Source of the DNA: an uncultured Solirubrobacterales bacterium
Lineage (GTDB): Bacteria > Actinomycetota > Thermoleophilia > Solirubrobacterales > Solirubrobacteraceae
Length of the DNA: 64,000 bases
Assembly (NCBI GenBank): GCA_963810015.1
Contig: CAWEMC010000019.1
Location: forward strand, 3,530 to 67,529
Direction of reading: 5' to 3'
Part shown: positions 9,007-19,672 of the stretch, piece after piece
Layout: each line of letters begins with the position of its first letter
Position numbering within the stretch: the first letter of the stretch is position 1
The notes under the pieces: model-generated
What the model saw: the letters and a program-made list of their open reading frames with translations, nothing else
Databases searched by the model: none
Told to the model about the DNA's origin: nothing
Translations under genes and position numbers: made by a program

Positions 9007-9133
9007 TTGGCGCGGTGGGCGCCGCCGCCCCGTCGAGGCACGGCGTTCGACTCTTGGGCCCGGTTTGTGGCGATAAGGGCGTCGAGATCGGCACGAATCG
9101 GCGACAAAACCCCGAATCTCGCCCTCGGGATGG

Positions 9134-9244
9134 TGCACAACACGACAATCTCGGGGCGTGTGGCGAGGCCTGTCGAGTTATGCACGAGGAGTGTGCGTAG
9201 GTCGACAGGGCTCGCCAGAAAATCCGGTCGTGGCGTGTTATGCA
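9134..9244. repeat. Nested-palindrome element, copy 2 (most diverged core)
   Basis: Motifs tgcacaacacgaca 9134-9147, tgtcgagttatgca 9171-9184, tgcgtaggtcgaca 9194-9207, tggcgtgttatgca 9231-9244; spacers 23/9/23; between convergent genes. Confidence 0.8.
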
Positions 9245-9326
9245 CTGTGAAAGCGCCGAACGCGGCGCAAAAGGCCCGATCCGACGCGCCATAAACCCCC
9301 ACCGGGCCGCGAGCGAACGGAACGGA

Positions 9327-10304
9327 CTAGCTCGCCGGATCCGCCAGTGCGGGCTCGAGCTCGCGCACACTCGTCTGGGGCTCGGTCGCTGGCACGGGCT
9401 GACGGCGGGGGACGAGCACGCCGGCCGCGGCGACCGCCCACAGCACCGCGAGCCAGCTGAACGTCGCGAGCATCACGTGCACCCAGACCATGTCGCTCGG
9501 CAGCTTGAGCTCGTATTGAACGCTCCCTACCAGGCCCTGCGCGGCCAACAGCACGCCGAGGACCGTGATCGGCTCGAGCGCATCCTCGGACGCTCCTCGG
9601 CGACGCCGCAGTAGCCATACGCCGATCACCGCAATCCCGAACAGCGCCGCGATCGTGGCGTGGCGGTGGACCAGCCAGGTCAGCGTGTCCTCGCCCTTGA
9701 AGTGCAGCCGGTGGATCCGCTGGCCGGGCGAGCCGCCGGCGTGCGGGCCCGCCGCGGTGGTGGCGGTGCCGGCGAAGATCGTGAGTGCGGCGAGTGGCGC
9801 CAGCGCCCGCACCGCCCAGACCGACGAGCGGTCGGTCGCGCGGGGGCGGGCACCGATGTCGTAACGGCTTCGCCACGCCAGCGCGACGGCGGCGATCAGA
9901 ATGATCATCGAGAGCCCGAAGTGGGCCATCACGAACCCTGGTGCGAGCTTCTCGTCCACGGTCACGCCGCCGAGCACGGCCTGCGCGAGCACCCCGAGCG
10001 GGAGCGTCAGCGCCAGCAGCGCAAGATCGCGCCGGAAGGGCCGCCGGGTGAATGCGAGCACCGCGGCCACCACCGTCATCACGCCGACCAGCCCGGAAAC
10101 CACGCGATTGCCGAACTCGATCAGCGCGTGGGTGCTGAGCGGTGGTAGCGCGCTTCCGCCGCATTTCGGCCAGTTCGGGCACCCCAGGCCTGATCCGGTC
10201 AAGCGCACGGCGGCGCCGGTGAACACGATCAACGTCAGCGAGGCCAGCGTGAGGTAGGCGATGCGGCGGTACTGAACGGGTGTGACGGCAAGGCGTTCGC
10301 GCAC
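9327..10304 (-). CDS. ctaA: Heme A synthase, COX15/CtaA family
   Basis: GAAVRLTGSGLGCPNWPKC, IEFGNR, QAVLGGVTV, conserved His residues in TM helices. Confidence 0.9.
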   Translation of the reverse strand: MRERLAVTPVQYRRIAYLTLASLTLIVFTGAAVRLTGSGLGCPNWPKCGGSALPPLSTHALIEFGNRVVSGLVGVMTVVAAVLAFTRRPFRRDLALLALTLPLGVLAQAVLGGVTVDEKLAPGFVMAHFGLSMIILIAAVALAWRSRYDIGARPRATDRSSVWAVRALAPLAALTIFAGTATTAAGPHAGGSPGQRIHRLHFKGEDTLTWLVHRHATIAALFGIAVIGVWLLRRRRGASEDALEPITVLGVLLAAQGLVGSVQYELKLPSDMVWVHVMLATFSWLAVLWAVAAAGVLVPRRQPVPATEPQTSVRELEPALADPAS

Positions 10305-10346
10305 GCTGAGCTGGATGCTAAGGGTTGGGCGATCGTCCCGCCCCGA

Positions 10347-10889
10347 TCAGAACGGGAGCTGCTCGGCGATCTGGGACAGCCGCGGCGCCTGTGAGTCGCG
10401 GGCCGAGGCGACGAGCTCCAGGTCCCGCGGCCAGGCGATGGCAACCTCGGGATCGTTGAAGGCGAAGCCTCCCTCGAGCTCCGGGGCGTAATAGGTCGAG
10501 GTCTTGTAGAGGACGTCCGCGATGTCGCTGAGGACGCAGAAGCCGTGGGCGAAACCGTCCGGGCAGTAGAGCGCACGGTGGCCTTCGTCGCTCAGCTCGA
10601 ATCCCTCCCACTGGCCGAAGGTAGGCGACACGCGACGGAGGTCGACCAGGACGTCGAGGATGGCCCCCCGGGCACAGCGGATCAGCTTGGCCATCCCGCG
10701 CTGGTAGTGCATTCCCCGTACCACCCCTTTCCGCGAGCGCGAGTGGTTGTCCTGAACGAAGTCGTCAACGATTCCGAGCTCCCGGAGCTGGTCGCGCCGG
10801 TATGTCTCGAGGAAGAAGCCGCGGGCATCGCCGTGCACGGTCGGTTTGATCAGGACCGGACCCTCCAGGCGTGTCGGCAGCGAGCGCAC
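10347..10889 (-). CDS. rfbC: dTDP-4-dehydrorhamnose 3,5-epimerase family (RmlC)
   Basis: HGDARGFFLE, QDNHSRS..GVVRGMHYQ, GFAHGFCVL; GTG start at 10889 with TAGATT upstream. Confidence 0.95.
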   Translation of the reverse strand: MRSLPTRLEGPVLIKPTVHGDARGFFLETYRRDQLRELGIVDDFVQDNHSRSRKGVVRGMHYQRGMAKLIRCARGAILDVLVDLRRVSPTFGQWEGFELSDEGHRALYCPDGFAHGFCVLSDIADVLYKTSTYYAPELEGGFAFNDPEVAIAWPRDLELVASARDSQAPRLSQIAEQLPF

Positions 10890-10968
10890 GGCGCTGCAAT
10901 CTAACGAGCAGGCCCGCGCGGCAGCGGCAGGCCCCGATTGCGGCCGGCAGGCATAATCGCCGCGCGAT

Positions 10969-12027
10969 ATGCGCGTGCTCGTAACCGGCGGTGCCGGATT
11001 CATCGGCGCCAACGTGGCCACTGGGCTCGCGGATCGCCATCCCGACTGGGACATCGCCGCCCTCGACAACCTTCACCGCAGGGGCGCCGAGCTGAACCTG
11101 CCGCGGTTGCGCGGCGCCGGGGTGGCGTTCGAGCACGGGGACATCCGCCTCCTCGACGATCTGCTGAGTGCCGGGTCGGTCGACGCGCTGTTGGAGTGCT
11201 CGGCCGAGCCATCCGCGCTCGCCGGGTTCGACGGCAGCCCCGACTACGTCGTGCGATCGAACCTGCTGGGCGCTTATAACTGCCTCGAGCTCGCCCGCCG
11301 CCACGGGGCCTATGTGGTGTTCCTGTCGACGAGCAGGGTCTACCCGGTGGCGAAGCTTCGCGCCGTGGCGCTCGAGGAGACCGACACGCGCTTCGAGCTC
11401 AGCGCCGAGCAGCCACTCCCCGGAGTCTCGCCGGCCGGCATCGCCGAGGATTTTCCGCTCGAGGGCGCCCGCACCTTCTATGGATCGACCAAGCTCGCGG
11501 CGGAGCTCTTGATCGAGGAGTACCGCGACGCCTACGGGCTGCGCGCGGTGATCGACCGGTGCGGCGTGATCGCCGGGCCGTGGCAGATGGGGAAGGTCGA
11601 TCAGGGCGTCTTCACGTACTGGATGCTCGCCCACCACTTCCGCAGGCCGTTGAGCTACATCGGCTTCGGCGGCGGCGGCCGGCAGGTGCGCGATCTGCTC
11701 CACGTCGAGGATCTCCTGGAGCTCCTCGACGAGCAGCTCGCCGACCCGGCGCGGTGGGACGGGGTCAAGGTCAACGTCGGGGGTGGCCGCGAACGCAGCC
11801 TGTCGCTGCTGGAGACCACCAAGCTGTGCGCGGAGATCACCGGCAACCGGGTCGAGATACGTTCCGTGCCGGAAACCCGACCCGGCGATGTTCCGCTCTA
11901 CATTTCCGACTGCCGGATGCTCGACTCGCTCACCGAATTCCGTCCGCGTCGATCGGCCAGCGACGTCCTGGCCGACATCCATCGCTGGATCCGCGGCAAC
12001 GAACGTGCACTGGAGCGCGCGCTGTGA
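10969..12027 (+). CDS. Extended SDR NDP-sugar epimerase, CDP-paratose 2-epimerase (RfbE)-like
   Basis: TGGAGFIG, STSRVY, YGSTK, GPWQMGKVDQG, RDLLHVED, RPGD. Confidence 0.88.
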   Translation: MRVLVTGGAGFIGANVATGLADRHPDWDIAALDNLHRRGAELNLPRLRGAGVAFEHGDIRLLDDLLSAGSVDALLECSAEPSALAGFDGSPDYVVRSNLLGAYNCLELARRHGAYVVFLSTSRVYPVAKLRAVALEETDTRFELSAEQPLPGVSPAGIAEDFPLEGARTFYGSTKLAAELLIEEYRDAYGLRAVIDRCGVIAGPWQMGKVDQGVFTYWMLAHHFRRPLSYIGFGGGGRQVRDLLHVEDLLELLDEQLADPARWDGVKVNVGGGRERSLSLLETTKLCAEITGNRVEIRSVPETRPGDVPLYISDCRMLDSLTEFRPRRSASDVLADIHRWIRGNERALERAL

Positions 12028-12056
12028 GGGCCGGATTGGCCTAAGCTGACCGCCCC

Positions 12057-13130
12057 ATGCCCACCGCGATCGTCACCGGATCCGGCGGCCTGGTCGGATC
12101 CGAGTCCGTGCAGCACTTCGTCGAAGCGGGATACGACGTGATCGGTCTCGACAACGACATGCGGGCGTACTTCTTCGGCCCGACGGCGTCGACCGCGGCG
12201 ACCACCGACCGGCTGCTCCGAACGCTCGGCGCGTCCTTTCAGGCGCTCGAGCTCGACATCCGCGACGGGGACGCCGTCGATCGGGTGTTCGCCAATCACG
12301 CGGGCTCACTGGAGCTGGTGATCCACACCGCGGCGCAGCCCTCACACGATTGGGCGGCATTGGAGCCCCAGACCGACTTCACGGTCAACGCCAACGGCAC
12401 GTCGAACCTGCTCGAGTCGACGCGCCGCCACGCGCCAGATGCGACGTTCATCTTCTGCTCGACCAACAAGGTCTACGGCGATCTCCCCAACCACCTGCCG
12501 CTGGTCGAACTCGACGCGAGGCTCGAGCTACCCGAGGACCACCGCTACTTCCGCGGGATCGACACGTCGATGTCGATCGACGCCTCCACCCACTCGCTGT
12601 TCGGCGTCTCCAAGGCGGCGGCCGACCTGCTCGTGCAGGAGTACGGGCGCTACTTCGGCATGCCCACGGTCTGCTTCAGAGGTGGGTGCCTGACGGGCCC
12701 CAACCACGCCGGCGCGAAGCTCCACGGCTTCCTCTCCTACCTGATGCGGTGCACGATGACGGGCGAGCCGTACACCGTGTTCGGCTATGGGGGCAAGCAG
12801 GTGCGGGACAACATCCACTCCGCCGACCTGGTCAGGGCGTTCGAGGCGTTTCACCGGACCCCCAGCGTGGCTGCCGTCTACAACATCGGGGGCGGGCGCG
12901 CGAGCAACTGCTCGATGATCGAAGCGATCGAGATGTGCCAGTCGATCGCCGGTCGCGAGCTCTCGTGGGAGCTCTCGCCCCAGGCCCGGATCGGCGATCA
13001 CCGGTGGTGGATCTCCGATCTCGAGCCGTTCCGCCGCGACCACCCCGACTGGGACATCACGTACGACATCGACGACGTCCTTCGCGAGATCCACGAGCAG
13101 AATGCCGAGCTGTGGGTGGCGACGCGATGA
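12057..13130 (+). CDS. Second RfbE-like extended SDR, catalytic motif FxxxK
   Basis: [41 protein letters not shown]. Confidence 0.88.
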   Translation: MPTAIVTGSGGLVGSESVQHFVEAGYDVIGLDNDMRAYFFGPTASTAATTDRLLRTLGASFQALELDIRDGDAVDRVFANHAGSLELVIHTAAQPSHDWAALEPQTDFTVNANGTSNLLESTRRHAPDATFIFCSTNKVYGDLPNHLPLVELDARLELPEDHRYFRGIDTSMSIDASTHSLFGVSKAAADLLVQEYGRYFGMPTVCFRGGCLTGPNHAGAKLHGFLSYLMRCTMTGEPYTVFGYGGKQVRDNIHSADLVRAFEAFHRTPSVAAVYNIGGGRASNCSMIEAIEMCQSIAGRELSWELSPQARIGDHRWWISDLEPFRRDHPDWDITYDIDDVLREIHEQNAELWVATR

Positions 13131-13217
13131 AGTTGTCGGTCGTGATCCCGGCGCACAACGAGGCGGACTCGATCGGCGAGACGATCGCGTGCACGGTCAA
13201 GGAGCTCGAGCGGGCCC
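13016..13217 (+). repeat. 202-bp diverged direct repeat, copy A (SDR 3' end plus GT2 5' end)
   Basis: Aligns without gaps to 15162-15363; about 20 mismatches counted by hand. Confidence 0.9.
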
Positions 13218-13933
13218 AGATCGACCACGAGATCATCGTCGTAGACGATTCCAGTGGCGACGGCACCGGCGAGGTCGTGGCAAGGCTCGCCGAGGCGAAC
13301 CCCAACGTCATCTGCATCCGCTCTCATCTGCCGCTTGGCTTCGGCCACGCTGTCCGGGCAGGACTCGAGCGATACACGGGCGATGCCGTGGCGATCATGA
13401 TGGCCGACCTCTCGGATTCGCCGCGGGACCTGGTCCTTTACTACCGCGTGCTCGAGCAGGGATATGACTGCGCGTTCGGCACGCGTTTCGGCCCGGGCGG
13501 CAGCACGCACGGCTACCCGTGGCTGAAGCTCATCCTCAACCGGGTCGTCAACGCCGGGATCCGGTTTCTCTTCCACCACGGCTACAACGACACCACCAAT
13601 GCGTTCAAGGCCTACCGCCGCGAAGTTGTCGACCAGCTCCAGCCGCTCCTCTCCAACCACTTCAACCTCACGGTCGAGATGCCGCTCAAGGCGGTCGTCC
13701 GTGGCTTCAGCTACGCGGTCGTGCCGGTGACGTGGACCAACCGCCGCTATGGCACATCGAAGCTGCGGCTTCAGGAGATGGGCAGCCGGTACCTGTTCAT
13801 CGTCCTGTACGTGTGGCTTGAATCGCACCTGAGCCGCGGGGACTACAGGCGGCGGGACTTGCCCGTCAGCGCCCCAGAAGAGGCCCGCGGGCACGCGCGC
13901 CATCCGCGCCGTGTAGAACAGCTGCGTCGGTAG
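13127..13933 (+). CDS. GT2 glycosyltransferase, polyprenol-phosphate (DPM1-like) type
   Basis: [40 protein letters not shown]; ATGA overlap with the upstream stop. Confidence 0.92.
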   Translation: MKLSVVIPAHNEADSIGETIACTVKELERAQIDHEIIVVDDSSGDGTGEVVARLAEANPNVICIRSHLPLGFGHAVRAGLERYTGDAVAIMMADLSDSPRDLVLYYRVLEQGYDCAFGTRFGPGGSTHGYPWLKLILNRVVNAGIRFLFHHGYNDTTNAFKAYRREVVDQLQPLLSNHFNLTVEMPLKAVVRGFSYAVVPVTWTNRRYGTSKLRLQEMGSRYLFIVLYVWLESHLSRGDYRRRDLPVSAPEEARGHARHPRRVEQLRR

Positions 13934-13951
13934 ACGCGGAATCCGGCGCCC

Positions 13952-15055
13952 TTACCTCGCGACGGTACGGTTCGACCGCGATCCTCGTATCCAGCGCTTG
14001 GCGGACCGCAGTGGCGCCGTCACGCGCCAGCTCGCTGACCCCTGAAGGGCCTCGAGCGATCCTCGTACGCTTGCCAGCTGCTCGTCTGTACGGCGAAGTT
14101 CCTCGCCGAGCTTTTGCAGCATGTCGTACTGTGCCACTTTGACCGCGGACCGCCCGCAGAGGTCGCCCAGCCGGACAAGCTGTGACGCAAGGGCTCGCCC
14201 CTTGAGGCGCGTGCGTTCTTCGCGGCTCGCCACCCCCGCGCGCTCGAGCGCGTAGTCGTAGACCATCGCATCGGCAGCGGTTCGTTCCTCTAGCAAGTCG
14301 AGAGCGCCGTCTGTAAGTACCTCACCGGCGTCATGGCTGGATACCGCACTCCCGAGTTCGCCGGTCACGTTGAGAACCTGGCGCCGCAGAGACACGCCGA
14401 AGTGTTCCCCGACCCCCTGCCACGAGGACACGCCGAGCTCGAGAATGCCTACAAACCCAAACTCCTCGAGGCGCTGGATCGCATCCGCAGCAATCCCTTC
14501 CATGTCTGACTTCGCCGCGAACGCTGACATCGGCAATCTCGGATCTTCACCGAGGATGATCCGACAAACTTGATTGTCCATCGACGAGACCAGATTGCAG
14601 TCAGCGAGGAAATCTGCGAGCGGACGCCTGGCATTTGCAGCCACTCGAAAGGCAGGCGACGGGTGCCCGTCGTGGGTGCTGAGGGTGCGCCAAAATGCGT
14701 AGACGGACAGTAGCCGGGCTCGAGGCTCTCGAAGAACGGCGCACACCGCAGATGGCGGGGCAACGGACAGCAGGGTCTTCAGCGAGAAGTGTCCCGCTAC
14801 GGCGCGATAACCGAGCAACGCCCTCTGGTCCTCGGGGCTCTCGAGCACCAGGGCCCGCGTCTCCTCGGGCAGGATGTCGAGGTCCTCTGGGGAGAATTGG
14901 TCTCTGTCGAAACGCCATGGAGCCAAGGAACCAGGCGGGAGCGCTGCCTCCAGCGCGGATGTCATGGCGGTGCCGGCGCACTTGGGAACGTGCAGGAAGC
15001 ACGCCGGATGGCGCGTCCTCGCGGACGAATCACGCCCATTCTCTTCAGCGCACAT
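13952..15055 (-). CDS. Sulfotransferase-family-2-like protein with C-terminal coiled coil and amphipathic tail
   Basis: FLHVPKCAGT (5'-PSB-like), LREPRARLLSVY (3'-PB-like), FVGILE, C-terminal LEALQGSASWRVTAPLR. Confidence 0.75.
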   Translation of the reverse strand: MCAEENGRDSSARTRHPACFLHVPKCAGTAMTSALEAALPPGSLAPWRFDRDQFSPEDLDILPEETRALVLESPEDQRALLGYRAVAGHFSLKTLLSVAPPSAVCAVLREPRARLLSVYAFWRTLSTHDGHPSPAFRVAANARRPLADFLADCNLVSSMDNQVCRIILGEDPRLPMSAFAAKSDMEGIAADAIQRLEEFGFVGILELGVSSWQGVGEHFGVSLRRQVLNVTGELGSAVSSHDAGEVLTDGALDLLEERTAADAMVYDYALERAGVASREERTRLKGRALASQLVRLGDLCGRSAVKVAQYDMLQKLGEELRRTDEQLASVRGSLEALQGSASWRVTAPLRSAKRWIRGSRSNRTVAR

Positions 15056-15161
15056 GCGGGCCGACCTCGCTACGCGGCCTTACCCTCCTACACACCACTG
15101 CGCAACATATATCGCGCTCGGCGATTGGCGCTCTGTGGGCAGAACGCTGTCGTCACCGCTT

Positions 15162-15363
15162 CGATCTGGAGCCGTTTCGCCGCCACTACCCGGACTGGGA
15201 CATCGCCTACGACATCGGGGACGTCCTGCGCGAGATCCACGAGCAGAACGCCGAGCAGTGGGTGGCGACGCGATGAAGGTGTCGGTCGTGATCCCGGCGC
15301 ATAACGAGGCGGAGTCGATCGGCGAGACCGTCGCCTGCACGGTCAATGAGCTCGAGCGTGCCC
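15162..15363 (+). pseudogene. 202-bp diverged direct repeat, copy B: orphan fragment of the SDR-GT2 junction
   Basis: Encodes DLEPFRRHYPDWDIAYDI...WVATR* and [20 protein letters not shown]...; both ends truncated. Confidence 0.88.
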
Positions 15364-15370
15364 CGGAAGC

Positions 15371-16522
15371 TCAAAAGCCCGCATCGCGGAGTTGGTCAAC
15401 GAAGCACCCGTCATGGATCGAAAAGCGCAACGCCTGAGGTTGCCAGGCAGTCAATGTGGCGTCGAGCTTGGCGTCGAGTGGGCTAGGCCCCACAAGAACA
15501 GCGTCGTAATGGTACCGGCGATCACGGACAAGCGCAGGCAAAGCCGCAGCTTCGAGGGCGAGCACTTCCACCTCACCTGCCGCAAAAGCTTGCCCGGAAG
15601 CTACGGTAACTCTGCTACCAACAAACGCCGCGGTGATGTCCGCACCCGTGCTGGGCGGCGGCGTCCCCAGGACGAGTATGCGTGCGGTCGCGGGCGCATC
15701 ACGTGCGGCGAGGACCATCCATGGGCGCTCATTAGCCTTGGCTAGACTCGCCGGCCGCGCTTGGAGAACCCGCCGCCAGCGCTCCACGAACACACGGTGG
15801 TTTCGCTGGAAGGCGGGCAGATCCGCGCCGTAGGAGGCACCGAGGCCGTGTACGACGCGCGAGCGCGGCTCGTAGACGGTACGCCAGCCGGCGGCGGCCA
15901 GGCGTAGGCAGAAATCTGCATCTTCGAAGTAAGCCGGCGCGAACGTCTCATCAAAAGCCCCGAACTCGACGATCAGCTCGCGGCGAACGAGCAGGCAGGC
16001 CGCGGCGGCATAATCGACCACTCGCGAGAAGCTGAAGCGGCCATCTCGCGGGTCCCCACCGATGCCGTACAGTGGCGCGCCACCGTCGAGGCCCAGAATC
16101 GCCCCCGCCTGTTGCACCGACCCGTCATCATTAAGGAGCATCGGAGCGACCGCCCCGACTCCGGGGCGCTGCAACCTGTCAAGGAGCGGTGGTAGCCACC
16201 CGGGCTGCACCACAGCATCGCTGTTGAGGAAGAGGATGTACTCGCCGTGCGCGCCCTTACCGCTTGATTGCTCGACCGGACGAACCTACGTTCGTCCTTT
16301 GCGTATCACGCGCTCGCGCTGGAGCGCCTTCAACAGCGCCAATGTGTCCGGCTCAGCCGACGCGTCGTCCACGACCACCAGCTCGTAGCACGGCTCGGTG
16401 TGGGAGAGCAGCGCCTCAAGCGTGCGCCGCGTCCAATCAGGGGCGTCGCAGACCGCCATGGCGACCGTTAGTTTCGGCGCGGTCACGTCGGGGAAGACAA
16501 GGCCGCGGTCGTCGGAGGTCAT
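15371..16522 (-). pseudogene. Frameshifted GT2 glycosyltransferase (rhamnosyltransferase-like)
   Basis: YELVVVDDAS in one frame (stops near 16286); GEYILFLNSDAVVQPGWL...AYFEDADFCLRL in another; breaks around 16250-16295. Confidence 0.8.
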
Positions 16523-16800
16523 CAGCAATTGAACGAGGTTGCGACTTCTGGTTTCGCGGCGTCCGCTGCGTAGCGCCCGCCGAGCCGCGCGCGCCGAAAT
16601 TTTGCCAGCGAGCGGGAAGGCGGGTCGATGCCATATGACCGTTCCGAGTCGACAATCTGGTCCGCCACACGTCCGTCCGTCTCCCAGGTGTGACATCGAG
16701 AACCCGGACGGATTCGCACGTACCAGGTCCGGTGAGATGCTCGATCCCCGCTGCCATCCCGACGACTCGTTGAACAGATTCTCGCCCGCAGCATATGTCG

Positions 16801-17210
16801 TCAAGCCTCGCGCAGGCGCAAAAGCTGGGCCTCGCGGCCTAGCCATGCCGCGTCTCGCGACATCGCCGACCTCACCGCGAGCCTCGGCGCAACAGCCAGC
16901 CGCCGACGCGGATCACAGGCAGGAGCCGCATGCGCAGTCTCCACCAGCCTCCAGCTCATCGTGCAAGGCCCTCGGCCCGCTGGCGCAGCCATGTCAGCTC
17001 CGCAGGGTCGACGGCGGAACATCCGGCGAGATGCTCGACTTGTGCTTCGAGATCCTTGATCCGCATCTCTGCGACCCAGACGGCATGCTGGGCAGCCTCG
17101 CGCGCGTCGCCTGCGCGGTCAAGTACCTCGCGCAGCCGGAAGAGCTGGGCATCGCGACGCAGGCGTGCAGCGTCATGCGGCACCGGCTTCACCTCGAGCC
17201 CGGGCACAGA
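16801..17210 (-). pseudogene. Decayed coiled-coil fragment of a glycan-locus protein
   Basis: LREVLDRAGDAREAAQHAVWVAEMRIKDLEAQVEHL heptad-like stretch split over short ORFs. Confidence 0.35.
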
Positions 17211-18367
17211 AGCAGGCCGCCGCCGGTCACCGCCAAGAGTCCGTGGCCCAGTCGCCGGCAGCCGCTCGATTGGGTGTCTCCGAGTTCCTGTTTACGGCCG
17301 ATGCCATTTCGGCTCCGTGCCGTCGGCCACCCAACGTTAGGCGAGGCGTTCAGCGTCTGCCTCGAATAAGGGGGTGCCGTCCACGTCCGTTGGGGTCCTA
17401 TTGAAATCTCGCGGCGACTCGAATTTACCCTGATGCGCTTCAGTTCCCGTCCTATCTCCGGACCGGGAACCTTCGACATTGACGCTGTCGACGTCAACCA
17501 CGCGCGTCCGGGGAGGGGATCTCCGCCATTCTGTCACCAAGCACTGTCGGCGCGCACTGCGGTTGTGGAAGCCCAATCATGACGTCGAATGTCTCGCTGC
17601 GCCGAAGACAAGCACGGCTAGTAGCGCGGGTAGCATTAACCATCGGCGGAGATGCGCACCTTCCGTGCGGAGGAAGTCGCCAGCCGGCACAGGCGCGGTA
17701 CCTGCGACGGGGGGAAGGTGGTGTCTACGGGTGAAGCTGGGCGCCCGGCGCCTCGTGCCCGGAGGCGCTCAAGCGCAGGGGACCGCGTTCGTCTCCGGAG
17801 GCGAGTCGGGCGCTCACTCCGAACGCGTCTCCCGGACCTGCTATCCGGTGTCCTCGATCGCGCCGATCATCATCTCGACGCCTACGCTCTGCGCGTGATC
17901 AACGACCACGCTCGTCTCGAGGCTCACGTCCACGCGGCGGACGCCGGGCAGGCAAGCGCTGCCCTGACCGCGGTCATGCAGCCTCGCATGTCATCTCCTC
18001 GACCGCAGCTCTGCGACTCACCCTCCGGCCTGCTCGAGCTCGTGCCTTCGCGATCTCGGCGGTCGCGGCCCAGCGAGCGAGACATCGCCGCTGGTGAACA
18101 CCTCGTCGAACGTCATTGGATCCATCAGCTACCGAGATCGCCTCGTGACCGCCGGCATGGCCGCTCTGGTCGATCGTTGCGGGAGCCACCCATTGGGACC
18201 ATGAGCGTTGCTCTTTCGCCCGGCCAGAGCAGCACGGTTACGTGTGTCGGCGGGAGTGTCGTGACCATTGCAGCGCAGCGAAGATCGGAGTCGACGCGGA
18301 ATCTCGGTTCCCACCCCGCGGGGGCCTGTTGCGCGCAAGGGACAAGGGACGTGACGGTGAGACCCCG

Positions 18368-19578
18368 CTAATGGGGTCGGGCTTCACGCCCACGGCGCGC
18401 AGCAAGTCGATCGCGCAGGCGCCAATACCGTCCGGCGAGCTGCCAGGCGCGTGTTGCGCGCATCGCCTCGAGCTGCGACTGGAGGAGAGAGGCCCGTTCG
18501 GCGAGTTCGCCGCGGTCGCGTTCATGGCAGTCTCGGCCTCGGCAGCGCGACGCTCCGCGAAGTGGACGCGCTCGACCAGCCCCGCGCCTCGCTCTGCATA
18601 CGTGGCCGAGCCGCTCCAAGACCACTGGAGAGCGAAAGCCGCCAGAGCGCTCGGAGCGGCGACTCCGACATCTCCCCAGGCTCGTGCGCAGCGATCGCCT
18701 TCCAAATTCGACTGCGTGATCACGGGCACCGTGGTGCTGAGCGACGAGGTCACGGTTAGCGACCCCCATCCGGTGGTCGTAGTCGGCGAGGTCGCGCTCG
18801 AGCTCGGCGACGCCGATCACGCGGTCCGTGGCGTTACCCGCGAAGTGGTCCGCTTCGAGCGCGGTGTAGGCCGAGGGGGTGACCCAACCGTCGCCGCCGA
18901 ACACGTCGAACACGTAGACCGCACGCCCGCAGCCCATCGCGTCGAGCGCGGCCCGGCTCTTCGCCACCACTATGTCGACATCGGCAAGAGCGGCGGCAAG
19001 ATCGTACCGCTGCTCAAGCGCACCGATCCGGCTAACCTCGATGCCGTGCCGACCCCACGCTTCCTTCACTAGCTCGTCGCGATCGCCGAAGTTACCCAGC
19101 AGGACTGCACGCTTTGGACGCTGGCGGATCGGAGCGACCGGAGCGAGGCGATCGGCATCGATCGGGATCCGTAGCCGCAGCACCGGCGCCTTGACCGCGG
19201 AGGCCCGCACGAGCTGCTCGTAGCGATCGCTGAGCACCACGATCAGGTCCAAGATCCCGCCCAATTGCGGCGGCAGCTGGAAGTCGAACACGTCACCACA
19301 GACCCTGAAGGCGTGGAACGCTGAGGGGTAGAGCTCGGCGAGCTCGTAGACGACGAGAGCGTCCTGTGACAAGACCACGTCGCAGTCGCCGGGCAGTCCT
19401 CGCAGCTCGCCTGCGACGTCCACGCATCGCGACGGACATGATCTGTGAATGGTCCGAGCTCGTGCGAGTAAAGGCAGACTTCGTGCCCGAGCCGCTGGAG
19501 TTGCTCGGCGAGCGTCAGAAGATGGACCTCGGTCCCGCCAGCATGGTCGAGCAGGCGATTGGCGAGGACGAAGCGCAT
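18368..19578 (-). pseudogene. Multiply frameshifted GT-B/GT4-like protein with coiled-coil tail
   Basis: MRFVLAN...AGGTEVHLLTLAEQLQRLGHEV; shift near 19425; DIVVAKSRAALDAMGCGRAV; further shifts near 18690 and 18500; tail LEAMRATRAWQLAGRYWRLR. Confidence 0.75.
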
Positions 19579-19672
19579 GACTGCTAATCGTAGTGCGCCA
19601 GCGGCTCGCGGTCGCGGGGCAAACGCCGTTCAGTACCCGGATCCCGACCGGAGGATTATCCTCGCTGCTTGG

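Noticed and set aside
12350-13126. N-terminal extensions in the ORF track (12350-13933, 38388-40394, 54888-56009, 61507-63807)
   Set aside because: They overlap neighbouring real genes in another frame; true starts lie at the stop/start overlaps.
17440-18360. Possible transposase or integrase remnant and small inverted repeats (gttcccgtcc/ggaccgggaac) in the decayed pocket
   Set aside because: No DDE, HUH or tyrosine-recombinase motif could be recognised and no terminal repeat pair was found; needs BLASTX.
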